A stretch of 64,000 nucleotides of DNA. It comes from Eledone cirrhosa (lineage: Eukaryota). The notes beneath the pieces were generated by a model that worked only from the letters and a program-made list of their open reading frames with translations, did no database searches and was not told the origin of the DNA. The translations under genes were made by a program, and so were the position numbers. Shown in pieces: positions 1-14,022 of this stretch (the first letter of the stretch is position 1; each line of letters opens with the position of its first letter). Location of the stretch: the NCBI GenBank assembly GCA_964016885.1, contig OZ024759.1, forward strand, positions 11,346,001-11,410,000. Reading direction: 5' to 3'.

Positions 1-225
1 ATATATACACACACATATATATATATACACATAAATTATGTACAATCACGTATATACATACATACACACATATACATACATATGTATGTGTATATATATA
101 TATTGAAACTTGCCACCTAAGGAAACCTCTTGTTGAGTCAAACAATGCCGTATGCTAAAACTATCGGAGTATTCACAGCCTATAACTGGATTACCTATAA
201 CGATATTTTGTTATCCCTTATATAT

Positions 226-526
226 ATCATCATCATCATCATTTTACGTCCGCTTTTCCCTGCTTGCAAGGGTGGGACGGGAACTGATTCTGGCTTGATT
301 TCTACAGCTGGATGCCCTTCCTAACACCAACCTCATTTACAGTGAGTGCTGGGTGCTTTTTTGCCGTGCACCTCCACGACCACTTTACAGTGGAATGATA
401 GGGACCCCAGTCCCTATCATCTCATTTCTACAGCTGAGTAAACTGGAGCAATGTGAAATAAAGTGTCTTGCTCAAGGAAACAACACATCGCCCGGTCTGA
501 GAATTGAACTCACAACCTTTCGATTG
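226..526 (-). mobile_element. SINE family A (tRNA head, CORE-like block, RTE-derived tail), 5'-truncated
   Basis: Reverse complement of copy at 17204; (CAT)n tail; A box missing. Confidence 0.9.
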
Positions 527-637
527 GGGTTTTTTTCCGGGGTGGGGAAAAGGTTGTTTGTCGGACAAGTCTGGAATGCGTCTTTCGCTGTTTGTTGTTT
601 TGAATATCTGAGGTATTCGGCATATATATATATATAT

Positions 638-827
638 ATAGGAACGAGTAGGACCCCGACGGCTGAGCTCAAGCCGTTTCGACTGCTAATTCTGTAGTCC
701 AGAATTAGCTGTCGAAACGGCTTGAGCTCAGCTGTCGGGGTCCTACTCGTTCCTATTGCCCACTCTACTACCCTAAGTATTGAGTACTTTGGTGCGTTAT
801 GGTCCACCTGGTTCCTTACCACATTTC

Positions 828-832
<5 letters not shown>
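638..832 (+). mobile_element. Fold-back element (hairpin 638-756 plus ~75 nt tail), Penelope-like remnant
   Basis: ATAGGAACGAGTAGGACCCCGAC...GTCGGGGTCCTACTCGTTCCTAT; flanked by (TA)n. Confidence 0.7.
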
Positions 833-865
<33 letters not shown>

Positions 866-882
866 TATATATATATATATAT

Positions 883-1072
883 AACAAAGGAATTGTGGTA
901 AGGAACCCGATGGACCATAACGCACCAGAGTACTCAATACTTAGGGTAGTAGAGTGGGTAATAGGAAAAAATATGACCCCGACGGCAGAGCTCAAGCCGT
1001 TTCGCCAGCTATTTCTGGCCCAGAAATAGCCGTCAAAACGGCTTGAGCTCTGCCGTCGGGGTCATACTTTTT

Positions 1073-1077
<5 letters not shown>
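883..1077 (-). mobile_element. Second copy of same fold-back family, inverted (tail 883-960, hairpin 961-1077)
   Basis: Diverged reverse complement of 638-832; flanked by (TA)n. Confidence 0.7.
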
Positions 1078-1134
<57 letters not shown>

Positions 1135-1229
1135 GATTTCCTTTGAATGAAACAGTTTTAGTCCTGTAGAAGCCATTTCTATATTATATATATATATATA
1201 TAATGAAGGCGTATATATATATATATATA

Positions 1230-1450
1230 GTGAAGGCGTGTGGCTGAGTGGTTAGAGAATTTGATTCGCAGTCTTGAGGTTGTAAGTTCGATTCCTGGAC
1301 CAGGCGATGCGTTATGTCCTTGAGCAAGACACTTTATTTCACGTTGCTCCTTCTACCTGGAGTTGCGACCAATAGATAGTACTAGCAACTGGAAAGACCG
1401 ACGGAAACATTGTTTCCTCGGTCAGATTTGACGAAAGTCGATTGATCTTT
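1230..1450 (+). mobile_element. SINE family A' (tRNA head, CORE-like block, non-RTE body), truncated
   Basis: A box TGGCTGAGTGG, B box GTTCGATTCC, CCTTGAGCAAGACACTT; body shared with 22735-22985 and 55480-55560. Confidence 0.8.
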
Positions 1451-1874
1451 TATATATATAATTTGTTATTGCTTTCTGAACCACATCTGTATATTCTTCT
1501 TAATGTTTCGTAAAATATTCCGTCTTGTTGCATTGGTTGACGACAAGCACCAGCCATTCTCTTGCTAACAGTCGTTCAATAAGTTATTTTTATGTCACCT
1601 CCTCAGAAACGTTGCGTTAAAAGGGAGAAGCTGAAATCAATAGAATTTAACTTTCAGTTTAGAAGGTGGCATAAGAAACACATTGCATACATAAAATATT
1701 TACATGTCCAACATGTTACCTCTTGTCTATTCCTGTCCAACTCCTATCATGTCAGGTCCGCCTCTCCATGCTTGGATGGCTCTCATGGGACTGGTGCCTA
1801 CTCACGTTGTCATCATCATCGCTGTCATCTTAAGGCTGCTTGTCATCATCATCATCATCATCATCATCATCGTT

Positions 1875-2200
1875 GTCATCATCATCATCTTACGGGGTCA
1901 TCTTTAGGCTGATTGTCATCATTACTGAAGTCATCATCATCTTACGGGGTCATCTTTAGGCTGATTGTCATCATTACTGAAGTCATCATCATCATCTTAC
2001 GGGGTCATCTTTAGGCTGATTGTCATCATTACTGAAGTCATCATCATCATCTTACGGGGTCATCTTTAGGCTGATTGTCATCATTACTGAAGTCATCATC
2101 ATCTTATGGGGTCATCTTAAGGCTGCTTGTCATCATTACTGAAGTCATCATCATCTTACGGGGTCATCTTAAGGCTGATTGTCATCATTACTGAAGTCAT
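1875..2200. repeat. ~51-54 bp tandem repeat, ~6 copies, preceded by (CAT)n
   Basis: Unit (CAT)nCTTACGGGGTCATCTTTAGGCTGATTGTCATCATTACTGAAGT. Confidence 0.9.
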
Positions 2201-2425
2201 CATCATCATCATCATCTTACGTCTGCTTTCCCCTGCTTACTAGGGTTTGCTGGGTGTTTCTCAGTACAGCATCTCTCCACTTGTTGCATCACAATATTTT
2301 GTTACCCCTTCTCTGAACATCAGTGATGTGAGATCATCTCTCCCCACATCACCCGGGGCCCTATTGTGACTCCCTAACACTTGACTTTCTTTCTTGTACT
2401 TCTTCACCCAGCGATCATCCTCCCA
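2200..2425 (-). mobile_element. Degenerate RTE LINE 3' end
   Basis: (CAT)n then TTACGTCTGCTTTCCCCTGCTT...CAGCATCTCTCCAC, like 34925 and 58843. Confidence 0.65.
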
Positions 2426-2454
2426 TATATATTCCTCCCTACCCTGCTACCTTC

Positions 2455-5400
2455 CCCTCTATAGCTGTACTCTCCCCCCCACCATACCACCCTCTATAGC
2501 TGTACTCTCCCCCCCCACCATACCACCCTCTATAGCTGTACTCTCTCCCCCCACCATACCACCCTCTATATATGTACTCTCTCCCCCCACCATACCACCC
2601 TCTATAGCTGTACTCTCCCCCCCACCATACCACCCTCTATATATGTACTCTCGCCCCCCACCATACCACCCTCTATCGCTGTACTCTCTCCCCCCACCAT
2701 ACCACCCTCTATAGCTGTACTCTCCCCCCCACCATACCACCCTCTATAGCTGTACTCTCCCCCCCACCATACCACCCTCTATAGCTGTACTCTCCCCCCC
2801 ACCATACCAGCCTCTATAGCTGTACTCTCTCCCCCCACCATATCACCCTCTATAGCTGTACTCTCTCCCCCCACCATACCACCCTCTATATATGTACTCT
2901 CTCCCCCCACCATACCACCCTCTATAGCTGTACTCTCTCCCCCCACCATACCACCTTCTATAGCTGTACTCTCTCCCCCCACCATATCACCCTCTATATA
3001 TGTACTCTCTCCCCCCACCATACCACCCTCTATAGCTGTACTCTCTCCCCCCACCATACCACCCTCTATAGCTGTACTCCCCCCCCCACCATACCACCCT
3101 CTATATATGTACTCTCTCCCCCCACCATACCACCCTCTATAGCTGTAGTCTCTCCCCCACCATACCACCCTCTATACCTGTACTCTCTCCCCCCACCATA
3201 CCACCCTCTATATATGTACTCTCTCCCCCCACCATACCACCCTCTATAGCTGTACTCTCTCCCCCCACCATACCACCTTCTATAGCTGTACTCTCTCCCC
3301 CCACCATACCACCCTCTATAGCTGTACTCTCTCCCCCACCATACCACCCTCTATAGCTGTACTCTCTCCCCCACCATACCAGCCTCTATAGCTGTACTCT
3401 CTCCCCACCATACCAACCTCTATAGCTGTACTCTCTCTCCCACCATACCAGCCTTTATAGCTGTACTCTCTCCCCCACCATACCACCCTCTATAGCTGTA
3501 CTCTCTCCCCCACCATACCACCCTCTATAGCCGTACTCTCTCCCCCCACCATACCAGCCTCTATAGCTGTACTCTCTCCCCCCACCATACCAGCCTCTAT
3601 AGCTGTACTCTCTCCCCCCACCATACCACCCTCTATAGCTGTACTCTCTCCCCCCACCATACCACCCTCTATAGCTGTACTCTCTCCCCCCACCATACCA
3701 CCCTCTATATATGTACTCTCTCCCCCCACCATACCACCCTCTATAGCTGTACTCTCTCCCCCCACCATACCACCTTCTATAGCTGTACTCTCACCCCCAC
3801 CATACCACCCTCTATATATGTACTCTCTCCCCCCACCATACCAGCCTCTATAGCTGTACTCTCTCCCCCCACCATACCACCCTCTATAGCTGTACTCTCT
3901 CCCCCACCATACCAGCCTCTATAGCTGTACTCTCTCCCCCCACCATACCACCCTCTATAGCTGTACTCTCTCCCCCACCATACCACCCTCTATAGCTGTA
4001 CTCTCTCCCCCCACCATACCACCCTCTATAGCTGTACTCTCCCCCACCATACCACCCTGTTTAGCTGTACTCTCTCCCCCACCATACCACCCTCTATAGC
4101 TGTACTCTCTCTCCCACCATACCACCCTCTATAGCTGTACTCTCTCCCCCCACCATACCACCCTCTATAGCTGTACTCTCTCCCCCACCATACCACCTTC
4201 TATAGCTGTACTCTCTCCCCCCACCATACCACCCTCTATAGCTGTACTCTCTCCCCCCACCATACCACCCTCTATAGCTGTAATCTCTCCCCACCATACC
4301 AACCTCTATAGCTGTACTCTCTCTCCCACCATACCAGCCTTTATAGCTGTACTCTCTCCCCCACCATACCACCCTCTATAGCTGTACTCTCTCCCCCACC
4401 ATACCACCCTCTATAGCTGTACTCTCCCCCACCATACCACCCTGTTTAGCTGTACTCTCTCCCCCACCATACCACCCTCTATAGTTGTACTCTCTCACCC
4501 CCACCATACCACCCTCTATAGCTGTACTCTCCCCCACCATACCACCCTCTATAGCTGTACTCTCTCCCCCACCATACCACCCTCTATAGCTGTACTCTCT
4601 CCCCCACCATACTACCCTCTGTAGCTGTACTCTCTCTCCCCCACCATACCACCCTCTATAGCTGTACTCTCCCCCACCATACCACCCTCTATAGCTGTAC
4701 TCTCTCCCCCACCATACCACCCTCTATAGCTGTACTCTCTCCCCCACCATACTACCCTCTGTAGCTGTACTCTCTCTCCCCCACCATACCACCCTCTATA
4801 GCTGTACTCTCCCCCACCATACCACCCTCTATAGCTGTACTCTCCCCCACCATAGCACCCTCTGTAGCTGTACTCTCTCTCCCCCACCATACCACCCTCT
4901 ATAGCTGTACTCTCCCCCACCATAGCACCCTCTGTAGCTGTACTCTCTCTCCCCCACCATACCACCCTCTATAGCTGTACTCTCCCCCACCATACCACCC
5001 TCTATAGCTGTACTCTCCCCCACCATACCACCCTCTATAGCTGTACTCTCTCCCCCACCATACCACCCTCTATAGCTGTACTCTCCCCCACCATAGCACC
5101 CTCTGTAGCTGTACTCTCTCTCCCCCACCATACCACCCTCTATAGCTGTACTCTCTCCCCCCACCATACCACCCTCTATAGCTGTACTCTTTCCCCCCAC
5201 CATACCACCCTCTATAGCTGTACTCTCTCCCCCACCATACCACCCTCTATAGCTGTACTCTCTCCCCCACCATACCACCCTCTATAGCTGTACTCTCTCC
5301 CCCACCATACCACCCTCTATAGCTGTACTCTCTCCCCCACCATACCACCCTCTATAGCTGTACTCTCTCCCCCACCATACCACCCTCTATAGCTGTACTC

Positions 5401-7447
5401 TCTCCCCCACCATACCACCCTCTATAGCTGTACTCTCTCCCCCACCATACCACCCTCTATAGCTGTACTCTCTCCCCCACCATACCACCCTCTATAGCTG
5501 TACTCTCCCCCACCATAGCACCCTCTGTAGCTGTACTCTCTCTCCCCCACCATACCACCCTCTATAGCTGTACTCTCTCCCCCCACCATACCACCCTCTA
5601 TAGCTGTACTCTTTCCCCCCACCATACCAGCCTCTATAGCTGTACTCTCTCCCCCACCATACCACCCTCTATAGCTGTACTCTCTCCCCCACCATACCAC
5701 CCTCTATAGCTGTACTCTCTCCCCCACCATACCACCCTCTATAGCTGTACTCTCTCCCCCCACCATACCACCCTCTATAGCTGTACTCTCTCCCCCACCA
5801 TACCACCCTCTATACCTGTACTCTCTCCCCCACCATACCACCCTCTATAGCTGTACTCTCTCCCCCACCATACCACCCTCTATAGCTGTACTCTCTCCCC
5901 CCACCATACCACCCTCTATAGCTGTACTCTCTCCCCCACCATACCACCCTCTATACCTGTACTCTCTCCCCCACCATACCACCTTCTATAGCTGTACTCT
6001 CCCCCACCATAGCACCCTCTGTAGCTGTACTCTCTCCCTCCACCATACCACCCTCTATAACTGTACTCTCTCCCCCACCATACCACCCTCTATAGCTGTA
6101 CTCTCTCCCCCACCATACCACCCTCTATACCTGTACTCTCTCCCCCACCATACCACCCTCTATACCTGTACTCTCTCCCCCACCATACCACCCTCTATAG
6201 CTGTACTCTCTCCCCCACCATACCACCCTCTATACCTGTACTCTCTCCCCCACCATACCACCCTCTATACCTGTACTCTCTCCCCCACCATACCACCCTC
6301 TATAGCTGTACTCTCTCCCTCCACCATACCACCCTCTATAGCTGTACTCTCTCCCCCACCATACCACCCTCTATAGCTGTACTCTCTCCCCCACCATACC
6401 ACCCTCTATACCTGTACTCTCTCCCCCACCATACCACCCTCTATAGCTGTACTCTCTCCCCCACCATACCACCCTCTATACCTGTACTCTCTCCCCCACC
6501 ATACCACCCTCTATAGCTGTACTCTCTCCCTCCACCATACCACCCTCTATAGCTGTACTCTCTCCCCCACCATACCACCCTCTATACCTGTACTCTCTCC
6601 CCCACCATACCACCCTCTATAGCTGTACTCTCTCCCTCCACCATACCACCCTCTATAGCTGTACTCTCTACCCCACCATACCACCCTCTATAGCTGTACT
6701 CTCTCCCCCACCATACCACCCTCTATAGCTGTACTCTCTACCCCACCATACCACCCTCTATAGTTGTACTCTCTCTCCCCCACCATACCACCCTCTATAG
6801 CTGTACTCTCTCCCTCCACCATACCACCCTCTATAGCTGTACTCTCTCCCCCACCATACCACCCTCTATAGCTGTACTCTCTCCCCCACCATACCACCCT
6901 CTATAGCTGTACTCTCTACCCCACCATACCACCCTCTATAGCTGTACTCTCTCCCTCCACCATACCACCCTCTATAGCTGTACTCTCTCCCCCACCATAC
7001 CACCCTCTATAGCTGTACTCTCTCCCCCACCATACCACCCTCTATAGCTGTACTCTCTCCCTCCACCATACCACCCTCTATAGCTGTACTCTCTCCCCCA
7101 CCATACCACCCTCTATAGCTGTACTCTCTCCCCCACCATACCACCCTCTATAGCTGTACTCTCTCCCCCACCATACCACCCTCTATAGCTGTACTCTCTA
7201 CCCCACCATACCACCCTCTATAGTTGTACTCTCTCTCCCCCACCATACCACCCTCTATAGCTGTACTCTCTCCCTCCACCATACCACCCTCTATAGCTGT
7301 ACTCTCTCCCCCACCATACCACCCTCTATAGCTGTACTCTCTCCCCCACCATACCACCCTCTATAGCTGTACTCTCTCCCCCCACCATACCACCTTCTAT
7401 AGCTGTACTCTCTCCCCCCACCATACCACCCTCTATAGCTGTACTCT
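2455..7447. repeat. ~33-37 bp minisatellite, ~5 kb
   Basis: Unit CTCTATAGCTGTACTCTCTCCCCC(C)ACCATACCACC. Confidence 0.97.
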
Positions 7448-7462
7448 TCAATATTCATTTCT

Positions 7463-7900
7463 CCCACCTTACCCTCTACTTGCCAACCTCTACCCTCCGA
7501 CCTTACCCTCTACCCTCCCACCTTACACTCTACTTGCCAACCTCTACCCTGCCACCTTACACTCTACTTGCCAACCTCTCCCCTCCGACCTTACCCTCTA
7601 CCCTCCCACCTTACACTCTACTTGCCAACCTCTACCCTGCCACCTTACCCTCTACTTGGCAACCTCTACCCTCCGACCTTACCCTCTACCCTCCCACCTT
7701 ACACTCTACTTGCCAACCTCTACCCTGCCACCTTACCCTCTACTTGCCAACCTCTACCCTCCGACCTTACCCTCTACCCTCCCACCTTACCCTCTACCCT
7801 CCCACCTTACACTCTACTTGCCAACCTCTACCCTGCCACCTTACCCTCTACTTGCCAACCTCTACCCTGCCACCCTACACTCTATCTGTCAACCTCTACC
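7463..7900. repeat. Composite C/T-rich minisatellite
   Basis: CCACCTTACCCTCTACTTGCCAACCTCTACCCT variants. Confidence 0.9.
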
Positions 7901-8353
7901 CTGCTCTCTACCTGTCAAAACAACCATATTAACCCACCTTTGTTTTCCCTTAGTTTTACCCAGGTCTTCTTTAATTTTCTTTGCTTCACTTTTTAAATTT
8001 TCTCAAAGCCTAACTTCAAAAATGTTTAAATTATTAGTTTTTCCTGCCCACATCATTTCCAAGGTTTCTCTCTGTTTACCATATAACTTTAAAGAATCTT
8101 CTTCTCCTTATCATTATTATTACTATTATTATTCTTAACAATTCTTCATTTGATCCTAGCGTGAATTCTTAAGGATATTAGTTATCGAGAAGTTTCTTTA
8201 CAATTTTAAATTCAAAAAGGAAATATTTTCTGAAAAAAAAACCAAGAAGACAAAACAAAGAGAAATAAAGAAAAAAGAATTTATATTTTTAAAAGGGAAA
8301 AAATTGGTTTTTAAAAGGAGAATGTTTCTTTTTTCTGAACTGACAATAATAAT

Positions 8354-9093
<740 letters not shown>

Positions 9094-9224
9094 AATTATC
9101 AAAGTATTGGTTGATTTAAAATTTGAAAATGTAGGAACCCCAAATGTTGAAAATAACTGAAATAATCGTTACTTGCTATAAATAATAGTTTAGGAAATCG
9201 TGGGTGGGAGTAGGGTAACATTCT

Positions 9225-9565
9225 CTCATTCCTATATTCAGCTATTTATCCATTCCTATATTCAGCTATTTATCCATTCCTATATTCCGTCATTCTTTCA
9301 TTCCTATATTCCGTCATTCTTTCATTCCTATATTCTGTCATTCTTTCATTCCTATATTCCGTCATTCTTTCATTCCGTCATTCTTTCATTCCTATATTCC
9401 GTCATTCTTTCATTCCTATACTCTGTCATTCTTTTCTGTTTTCCATTCAGCCATTAATCCATCCATCCTTTTATTCTCTCATTCTCTTAATCCTTAATTC
9501 ACTCATTCACTTTTACAACCAGCAATTTCATTCACTAGAATTCTTTTCAACACACTGACGCGTGT

Positions 9566-9612
<47 letters not shown>

Positions 9613-10272
9613 GTGTATATGTGGGTGTATGTGTATATGCATACATTATATGTATGCATATATAAATATAAATGTGCAGACACACTTACAAAAATATGCA
9701 CTCAGACATACATTCATACACACACACACATACATTCACACACATACACATATACATTCACACAAACACACACACACATACATTCACACAAACACACACG
9801 CGTTCACACAAACACACACACACGTTCACACAAACACACACACGCTCGTTCGCACAAACATACACATGCGCGTTCACACAAACACACACACACATACATT
9901 CACACAAACACACACACACGTTCACACAAACACACACACGCTCGTTCGCACAAACACACACACGCGCGTTCACGCAAACACACGCGCGTTCACACAAACA
10001 CACACACGCGTTCACGCAAACACACACGCGTTCACGCAAACACACACGCGTTCACGCAAACACACACACACAAACACATGTTCACACAAACACACACACA
10101 TACATTCACACAAATACACACATGCACACACACATTCACACATACACACACATACATTTACACAAACACACACACATACATTTACATTCACAGAAACACA
10201 CACACGCATTCACACAAACACACACACACACACACACACATACATTCACACAAACACACACACATTCATTCA
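9225..10272. repeat. ~24 bp TTCATTCCTATATTCCGTCATTCT repeat (9225-9432), then (TG)n and CA-rich microsatellites (9560-10272)
   Basis: Direct reading. Confidence 0.85.
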
Positions 10273-10274
10273 CG

Positions 10275-10778
10275 CAGGCAGCAGATGTAAAGAGAGAGGA
10301 GTAGTATGAGGTAGTCAAACTACTCCCCTCTCTTTATATGTTGTACACAGGCAACAGATGTAAAGAGAGAGGAGTAGTATGAGGTAGTCAAACTACTCCT
10401 CTCTCTTTACATGTTGTACACAGGCAGCAGATGTAAAGAGAGAGGAGTAGTATGAGGTAGTCAAACTACTCCTCTCTCTTTACATGTTGTACACAGGCAG
10501 CAGGTGTAAAGAGAGAGGAGTAGTATGAGGTAGTCAAACTACTCCCCTCTCTTTACATGTTGTACACAGGCAGCAGATGTAAAGAGAGAGGAGTAGTATG
10601 AGGTAGTCAAACTACTCCCCTCTCTTTACATGTTGTACACAGGCAGCAGATGTAAAGAGAGAGGAGTAGTATGAGGTAGTCAAACTACTCCCCTCTCTTT
10701 ACATGTTGTACACAGGCAGCAGATGTAAAGAGAGAGGAGTAGTATGAGGTAGTCAAACTACTCCCCTCTCTTTACATG
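10275..10778. repeat. 73-bp tandem repeat, ~7 copies, each a 21-bp stem / 13-nt loop hairpin
   Basis: Units start 10275, 10348, 10421...; ATGTAAAGAGAGAGGAGTAGT-ATGAGGTAGTCAA-ACTACTCC(T/C)CTCTCTTTACAT. Confidence 0.95.
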
Positions 10779-10974
10779 TGACAGAATCACAGAAATTTAT
10801 ATTTAGATTTTTTCATTCATTACATTTCTTTCAGGATATATTCCCCCTCCCCCAAGATATATTCCTCTCCCCAGGATATATCCCCCTCCAGGGTATATTT
10901 CTCTCTCCCCCCACCAGGAGATATTTCTCTCCACTCCCCCACCAAGATATATTCCTCTCTCCACCCCACCTTGA

Positions 10975-11509
10975 TATATTGCTCCCCTCCTACCAGGATA
11001 TATTGCTCTCTCCCACCAGGATATATCCCCCTCCTTAATATATTGCTCCCTCTCCCCTCCTACCAGGATATATTGCTCTCTCCCACCAGGATATATCCCC
11101 CTCCTTAATATATTGCTCCCTCTCCCCTCCTACCAGGATATATTGCTCTCTCCCACCAGGATATATCCCCCTCCTTAATATATTGCTCCCTCTCCCCTCC
11201 TACCAGGATATATTGCTCTCTCCCACCAGGATATATCCCCCTCCTTAATATATTGCTCCCTCTCCCCTCCTACCAGGATATATTGCTCTCTCCCACCAGG
11301 ATATATCCCCCTCCTTAATATATTGCTCCCTCTCCCCTCCTACCAGGATATATTGCTCTCTCCCACCAGGATATATCCCCCTCCTTAATATATTGCTCCC
11401 TCTCCCCTCCTACCAGGATATATTGCTCTCTCCCACCAGGATATATCCCCCTCCTTAATATATTGCTCCCTCTCCCCTCCTACCAGGATATATTGCTCTC
11501 TCCCACCAG
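10975..11509. repeat. 70-bp tandem repeat, ~7.5 copies
   Basis: Unit TATTGCTCCCTCTCCCCTCCTACCAGGATATATTGCTCTCTCCCACCAGGATATATCCCCCTCCTTAATA; degenerate precursors from 10833. Confidence 0.95.
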
Positions 11510-11652
11510 ATTTGAAGGTCTTAAAACTACTGTTGTCTGCTCACCTACCATTCCTTAACTTTTAACATCCTGTACCACATGACACCACATTAGAGAGTCT
11601 TTAAAACAACATTATGATTGCATCACATTAAATATTAAAGTCTTTACTTTAA

Positions 11653-11860
11653 TCTGTTGACTGCCATATATTTACACAGCTACAGTTGCTGTGCCATGTT
11701 TTTTTTCCAGTAAAATGACTATTTTGATTGTCAAATGTCACATCAATAAACTAGTAACCCCATCCAGCTTTGAAGTTATGAACTGTTGGAAAAGAGTTCA
11801 TAACTTTGAAGTAGTTCAAACATTTTAGGATGAGTTATCTTGCCTATGTCACTGAAGAGG
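11653..11860. mobile_element. Old TTAA-flanked MITE-like insertion
   Basis: TTAA at 11649 and 11861; interrupts local repeat AAGTCTTTACT.TAATACTG; termini ~10/15 complementary. Confidence 0.5.
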
Positions 11861-12201
11861 TTAATACTGAAAATGTTCAAACAATCTGTCCACTGCTAAC
11901 TATACTATAGACATTTGAATTAACAAACCACATTAGCAAAACATTGTTGAAAAGTACAAAACAACACTATGACTGCATCACATCAAATATCAAAGTCTTT
12001 ACTGTAATACTGTAAATTTCACAATAATCTGTCCATTAGTAAAGATACTATAAACATTTAGTTGAAAACAACACTATGACTGCATCACATTAAATATCAA
12101 AGTCTTTACTATAATACTGTAAATTTTCACAACAATCTGTCCACCAGTAAAGATACTATAAACATTTAGTAGAAAACAACACTATGACTGCATCACATTA
12201 A

Positions 12202-12420
12202 CCCTTTAATGTTCAAACTGGCCCAAACCGGCCAGAATTCTTTACCTCCTTCTGTTGAAACTGGCTGTAACTGGTCACTCAAACTGATGTTAAGGTATTG
12301 TTTTCAAAATAAATACTTTCAAAATCTCATAGATTCGATATTATGTGAGATATTATGCGAGGTAAAGCCTTTACCATGAAAATATAATAGTATATATAGA
12401 GTAATGTGAATACTAAAGGG
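12202..12420. mobile_element. piggyBac-type MITE
   Basis: TTAA|CCCTTTA...TAAAGGG|TTAA; empty site GCATCACATTAAATATCAAAG seen at ~12082; inverted copy at 39333. Confidence 0.88.
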
Positions 12421-12624
12421 TTAAATATCAAAGTCTTTACTGTAATACTGTAAATTTTCACAACAATCTGTCCACTAGTAAAGATACTATCAACATTTCA
12501 ATCAACAAACCTGTTTTTTAAAAATATTTTCTGCTAAATTATTGCAGGATGTTTAAGTTTTTATTGAAATAGGTTGTATTTCGTTGATATTTGGTCTGAA
12601 AACTGTTAATGTTGAATGATATTG

Positions 12625-13392
12625 TTATTGATACAGACAGATATAACACTTATATAACACTTATATCTAATGTTATTATTATTACAGAGGGATACAACAC
12701 TTATACAACATTTATATCTAACGTTGTTATTATTACAGACAGGTACAACACTTATACAACACTTACATAAAACTTATATCTAATGTTATTATTATTACAG
12801 AGAGATATAACACTTATAACACTTATATCTAATGCTATTATTATTACAGACAGATATAACACTTATACAACACTTATATCTAATGCTATTATTATTACAG
12901 ACAGATATAACACTTATACAACACTTACATCTAATAGTATTATTATTACAGACAGATATAACATTTATATCTAATGTTATTATTATTACAGAGAATATAA
13001 CACTTATATAACACTTATGTTTAATGCTGTTGTGTAACACTTATTTAACACTTAAGTTGTTCTTATTACAGAGATATATAACACTTAAGTTCTTATTACT
13101 GACAGATATAACACTTATATAACACTTCTGGTGATGTTATTGTTATTACAGAGAGATGTAACACTTATACAACACTTATGTCACACTTACATTATCATTA
13201 GAGATATATAACACTTATGTAATACTTATATCTTATTACAGAGTTATGTAACACTTAACTTCTTATTACAGAGAGATATAACACTTATGTCACACTTATA
13301 TAACACTTATATTGTTGTTACTACTGACAGATATAACACTTTTATAACCCTTATGTAACACTTATATAACACTTACATTATTGTTATTACAG
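12625..13392 (+). repeat. Degenerate tandem array (~15 copies) of the unc-13 splice acceptor plus exon start
   Basis: Recurrent TTATTACAG-A(G/C)AGATATAACACTTAT; last copy is the true acceptor. Confidence 0.9.
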
Positions 13393-13492
13393 AGAGATAT
13401 AACACTTATGTAACTCTGAAACTTCAAAATGTGAAATCAACAACAATCCAAGTGAAAGGAAACAATCCAAGTTGGGAGCAAGATTTCATGTT
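13393..13492 (+). CDS. unc-13: unc-13/Munc13 internal exon, C2A domain: (E)[32 protein letters not shown](F)
   Basis: Acceptor ttgttattacag|AG, donor TT|gtaagt; 100 nt, phase 1 to 2. Translation matches Munc13-1 [34 protein letters not shown] (recalled sequence). Confidence 0.95.
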
Positions 13493-13590
13493 GTAAGTAT
13501 TGAGTCCTACATTTCCTCTTTCACCGAAAAAAACAATTTACACTTCTTCTTTACTATATTTTGTATATATATATATATATATATATATAT

Positions 13591-14022
13591 ACGATATTAA
13601 ACAAATGGAAACTATATTTATAAAACCATATTTATTTCGTTATATATATTTCTGGGATATCATATTAAAAATATGGTATGCCTTCCTCAGACAAAATACA
13701 ATACATAAGCTGTTTTATAAATAATTTTGACATACCTTATAATAATGCAACTTCCATTTAACTTTTTAAATGGAAGTTGCATTATTATAAGGTATGTCAA
13801 AATTATTTATAAAACAGCTTATGTATTGTATTTTGTCTGAGGAAGGCATACCATATTTTTAATATGATATCCCAGAAATATATATAACGAAATAAATATG
13901 GTTTTATAAATATAGTTTCCATTTGTTTAATATCGTAAACCTACTCCAGAAACTGTTGAGTGCTTTTATATCAGTTATAAAATATTTACTCGTTGTAACC
14001 CAACAATTTTAAATAAAACTTT

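Noticed and set aside
1592-1660. Possible unc-13 start exon (MSPPQKRCVKREK)
   Set aside because: Weak resemblance to MSLLCV.VK.AK and no fitting donor site.
10306-10316. let-7 5' sequence TGAGGTAGT in the 73-bp unit
   Set aside because: Only 9 nt, located in the hairpin loop rather than an arm; rest of let-7 absent.
13591-13936. Classical DNA-transposon MITE or foldback interpretation of the palindromes
   Set aside because: One-sided tails, hammerhead cores and a GIY-YIG-linked example with the same layout fit Penelope-like retroelements better; not fully excluded.
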